DNA of 64,000 bases from an uncultured candidate division Zixibacteria bacterium (GTDB lineage Bacteria; Zixibacteria; MSB-5A5; GN15; FEB-12): assembly GCA_963735035.1 (NCBI GenBank), contig CAVTJJ010000004.1:512001-576000 (forward strand), given 5' to 3'. The notes beneath the pieces are model-generated. The model worked only from the letters and a program-made list of their open reading frames with translations. It was not told the origin of the DNA and made no database searches. This document shows positions 61,083 to 64,000 of the stretch, in pieces. Each line of letters starts with the position of its first letter. Within the stretch, counting starts at the first letter, position 1. The position numbers were made by a program, and so were the translations under genes.

Positions 61083-61147
61083 CGCTGACTTCGCTTCCCT
61101 GCGCTACGGTGGGTGGTCTGATGACGTTAACACGGCCAGGTTACTCC

Positions 61148-61972
61148 TCAGTGTTTCCTCATTTGTAGATGCTTACGGATCTTTCCGAGAGTTACTTCGA
61201 AGGCGGTCGGGATCGAATCGGTCAGAGCCGGCAAGGTCGTGATAGACTTCAGATTCGAACGGACGACGAATACCTTGTCAGTCATCGTCACCATGATTTG
61301 GATGTGATATCGTCCACCCTCCTGACCGTTGGGCCCGGTGATGACCGCCCGGCAATAGAGAATGTCATCTTTCATGGGATCGAGGACCGACGCGGCGTCG
61401 CGCACTCGATCGGCCAGGTGGGCCGACTCGTCCATGTGGCAGAAGACCACATCGATCGGCAAGGCCCGATAGTGATCGCTCAGCACCGGCTTGAGTGACC
61501 AGTTGTCACCCCTCGACGGACTAAGGACCAGGATTTCCCGGATGCGCTCAATGAGCAGGTCGATATCAAACGGTTTGTCGAACATCCCCGCCGCCCCCAA
61601 CCGCTCCGCCTGCTGATGGATTTCGTCATTACCGAAGGCAGTGATCAGGATCATGGGGACATACCACTCGGTCTCGTGGATTCCCTCAAGGACTTCAAGA
61701 CCAGTCACACCCGGCATGCGAATATCAGAAACAATCAGATCGAAATCGTCCGGTTCGCCGGACAGAACCGGATGCCCCAGATTGTCGAGCAATTGGTACC
61801 CGTCGGCGCACTCCACCGTGTTGAATCCCGCGTTTTGCAATCTCCAGACAAGCAGCCGCCGCATTTCGGCGTCATCCTCCGCTACTAGGATTCTGGGCAT
61901 ACGAACAGCACTCGGTGAAATTTCAATCCCCTCGGCTTCAGTGGCAGTCTGCTTCCTGGTACGTGTGATCAT
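61148..61972 (-). CDS. Response regulator receiver domain fused to a C-terminal HPF/RaiA-like domain
   Basis: ILVAEDD, SDIRMPG, ITAFG, KPFD; C-terminal PIDVVFCHMDES...DILYCRAVI...YHIQI...AFE resembles HPF/S30AE. Confidence 0.75.
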   Translation of the reverse strand: MITRTRKQTATEAEGIEISPSAVRMPRILVAEDDAEMRRLLVWRLQNAGFNTVECADGYQLLDNLGHPVLSGEPDDFDLIVSDIRMPGVTGLEVLEGIHETEWYVPMILITAFGNDEIHQQAERLGAAGMFDKPFDIDLLIERIREILVLSPSRGDNWSLKPVLSDHYRALPIDVVFCHMDESAHLADRVRDAASVLDPMKDDILYCRAVITGPNGQEGGRYHIQIMVTMTDKVFVVRSNLKSITTLPALTDSIPTAFEVTLGKIRKHLQMRKH

Positions 61973-62025
61973 GGTGATTTCCTTGGTTATGTGCGATTAG
62001 GTAAGACATTTCAAGCAATTGACAA

Positions 62026-62041
62026 GGCACGTCCCGTGCCG
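62026..62041 (-). promoter_or_regulatory. Putative sigma54 -24/-12 promoter
   Basis: Minus strand CGGCACGGGACGTGCC = GG-N10-GC, ~55 bp upstream of ATG 61972. Confidence 0.55.
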
Positions 62042-62325
62042 AGGGGTAATGTGTTGCGGGATATCAGCTTAATCAATTGACCGGATTGGGGCATTTCGCC
62101 TCGGATCGAGGGAAGGGGAGTAGGCTTTTGGTCCCACGTGTCGATGAAGTCATTGGGGGGCATCAGGGCAGCAGTTATGTGGCAGGATGCCCCACTGGGG
62201 AGGAAAGCTACACTTTGACCGGGCTCAAATCTAGTACCTGAAGGTATAATATGGAGCGTTAAAGTCAGGGAAAGTATTTCGAACGACTTGACCGAATCTC
62301 AAAAGTTTCAAATGGATCGATAAGA

Positions 62326-63792
62326 ATGAAACTAGCCATCAGACTCACCGCCGCCATCATGTTTGCTCTGACCTGCCTCATGGTTGTGCATACGTATCTC
62401 ATAGTTCAGCGAGAGATCGATCTGTTCAGCAATGACATGGATCGTCATGCGTATCTGGTAGGCAAAGCTCTGGCTGCGGCCGTCCCGGAGATGTGGTCGG
62501 CCGGAGGCGCGGAACGGGTGCGCCAGTTGATTCGAGACGCCAATCGTACGGAAGATCCTCTTACGGCGCGATGGGTGTTTGTCGATTCTACGGCGCCGCC
62601 TCCTTTTCGACCGACGCTTCCTATTTCCGATTTGAAATTGCTCTTTTCCGGACAGGAGATAGTGAAACATGTCCGGCCTGAGAACAGCAATCCGAGTATC
62701 GTTGCGTATTTCCCGCTATCCCTCCGTGGGCGCGAGCTTTCGGCCATTGAAGTTACCGAGCCGCTGGCCGCAATGTACGACTACATAAGCAGCACTCTAT
62801 TGCGCAACTCGATTCTCCTTCTGGCGGTCATACTGGTCGGCGGATTGATTGTCTGGATCCTCGGCGTCCGCATGGTCGGACAGCCCGTTCGGGCGATGGT
62901 TCAGTTTGCGGAGAGTGTAGGACAGGGGAATTTCGACCGCCACGTAGACCTGCCCGCCCGAGGCGATGAACTGAACAGCCTGGGTTCGGGCCTCAACAGC
63001 ATGGTGGATCACCTCAGCGAATCACGACGCCGGCTCAATCAGGAAATACAAAAACAACTCGAGACGCTGGAGCAGCTTCACCATGTCGAAAGGCTGACTA
63101 CGGCCGGCAAGATGGCATCCGGTCTGGCCCACGAACTGGGAACGCCTCTTAATGTCGTGTCGGGACGGGCCAAGATGATTGCCTCCCATGATCTGAAACC
63201 CGAGGAGATAAAAGAGAGCGCCTCGATCATTGCTGAGCAGGCTGACCGGATGGCGGGTCTGATTCGCCGCCTGCTCGATTTTGTCCGCCACGGGGGAACT
63301 CTTCGTCAGACCGTGGACACGTCTCAGTTACTGGCTCGCGTCGTAGGTCTGCTCGAACCGATGGCTCAGCAATCCAAAGTCACTCTGAGTCTTCGCGACG
63401 AAGGAGATGATCTGAAGGTTCGGGCCGACCGGGAACAACTTCAGCAGGTAATGACGAATATTATCGTGAATGCGATCAACGCCATGCCTAAAGGCGGACG
63501 GGTGGAAATCAGTGTGTGCGCTCAACGGACCAGGCCGCCGGTTGACATGGGCGGTGATGAAGCCATGTTCGCGTGCATCACGGTCGCGGATGAAGGTGTG
63601 GGCATCCCGGAAGAAAATCTACAGCGCATCTTCATGCCGTTCTTCACGACCATGGAAGTCGGCAAGGGCACGGGTCTGGGGCTCTCCATTGCGCATGGGA
63701 TTGTCCGCGACCACGGCGGATGGATAGAGGTCAAGAGCACCGTGGACAAAGGCAGCGAGTTCACGATACATCTGCCGCTGGAGGAAAAATGA
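62326..63792 (+). CDS. Membrane sensor histidine kinase (2 TM, HAMP, HisKA, HATPase)
   Basis: GLAHELGTPL, QVMTNIIVNA, DEGVGI, FFTT...GTGLGL. Confidence 0.95.
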   Translation: MKLAIRLTAAIMFALTCLMVVHTYLIVQREIDLFSNDMDRHAYLVGKALAAAVPEMWSAGGAERVRQLIRDANRTEDPLTARWVFVDSTAPPPFRPTLPISDLKLLFSGQEIVKHVRPENSNPSIVAYFPLSLRGRELSAIEVTEPLAAMYDYISSTLLRNSILLLAVILVGGLIVWILGVRMVGQPVRAMVQFAESVGQGNFDRHVDLPARGDELNSLGSGLNSMVDHLSESRRRLNQEIQKQLETLEQLHHVERLTTAGKMASGLAHELGTPLNVVSGRAKMIASHDLKPEEIKESASIIAEQADRMAGLIRRLLDFVRHGGTLRQTVDTSQLLARVVGLLEPMAQQSKVTLSLRDEGDDLKVRADREQLQQVMTNIIVNAINAMPKGGRVEISVCAQRTRPPVDMGGDEAMFACITVADEGVGIPEENLQRIFMPFFTTMEVGKGTGLGLSIAHGIVRDHGGWIEVKSTVDKGSEFTIHLPLEEK

Positions 63793-64000
63793 CCGGACAC
63801 ATTCTGGTAGTGGACGACGATAAGGCCACCTGTGCGATGCTGTCCGAAGGGCTGAAGCGGCACGGGTTCGAAGTCACTTCGTTTTCTTCGGCGGATGAGG
63901 CAGCTGCAGTTCTGACTCAGATCCCGTTCGATGTTCTTCTCACCGACTTTCACATGCCCGGAATTGGCGGGCTCGAACTCTGCAAGCGGGCGGCCGCGAA
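63789..64000 (+). CDS. Response regulator, N-terminal receiver domain (truncated by the window edge)
   Basis: MTGHILVVDDD...DVLLTDFHMPGIGGLEL; ATGA overlap with the kinase. Confidence 0.88.
   Translation, partial: MTGHILVVDDDKATCAMLSEGLKRHGFEVTSFSSADEAAAVLTQIPFDVLLTDFHMPGIGGLELCKRAAA

Noticed and set aside
1..64000. tRNA, rRNA, transposase or integrase genes
   Set aside because: None recognised by eye; tRNAscan-SE, Infernal and ISEScan would be needed to exclude them.

Overview
Chromosomal window from a moderately GC-rich diderm bacterium. It has LPS heptose and lipid A genes, TolC, and secreted proteins ending in dockerin-like or 'QNYPNPFNP' FlgD/T9SS-like domains. By inference this pattern suggests Zixibacteria or a related FCB-associated lineage. 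Most of the window is housekeeping, transport or signalling: amrS, sbcC-like SMC ATPase, NtrC-type regulator, ccmF, amtB, OPT, trpS-scpA-scpB-rluB, lpxL, MacA/MacB/TolC-like genes, waaF, CDF, GH57, rfaE1/rfaE2, pepF, M24 peptidase, accB, pilT. The intergenic regions are dense with REP-like palindromes. The best candidate for an undescribed system is a RiPP-like cluster at about 47.1-50.4 kb. Two paralogous 30-31 aa precursor ORFs (MKLIQLPG.E...C..KG..YIIC) each sit behind their own duplicated promoter and conserved ~185-nt leader, and two translationally coupled radical SAM/SPASM enzymes follow. Other notable items: a tandem pair of large Cys-rich GEVED+dockerin surface proteins (one frameshifted) with conserved upstream ORFs; an ArsR gene with a duplicated operator and a 16-aa CCSG micropeptide; a receiver-domain/HPF-like fusion with a sigma54-type promoter; and a synonymous-only fossil copy of a gene 3' end. 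All calls come from reading motifs by eye; no searches were run.
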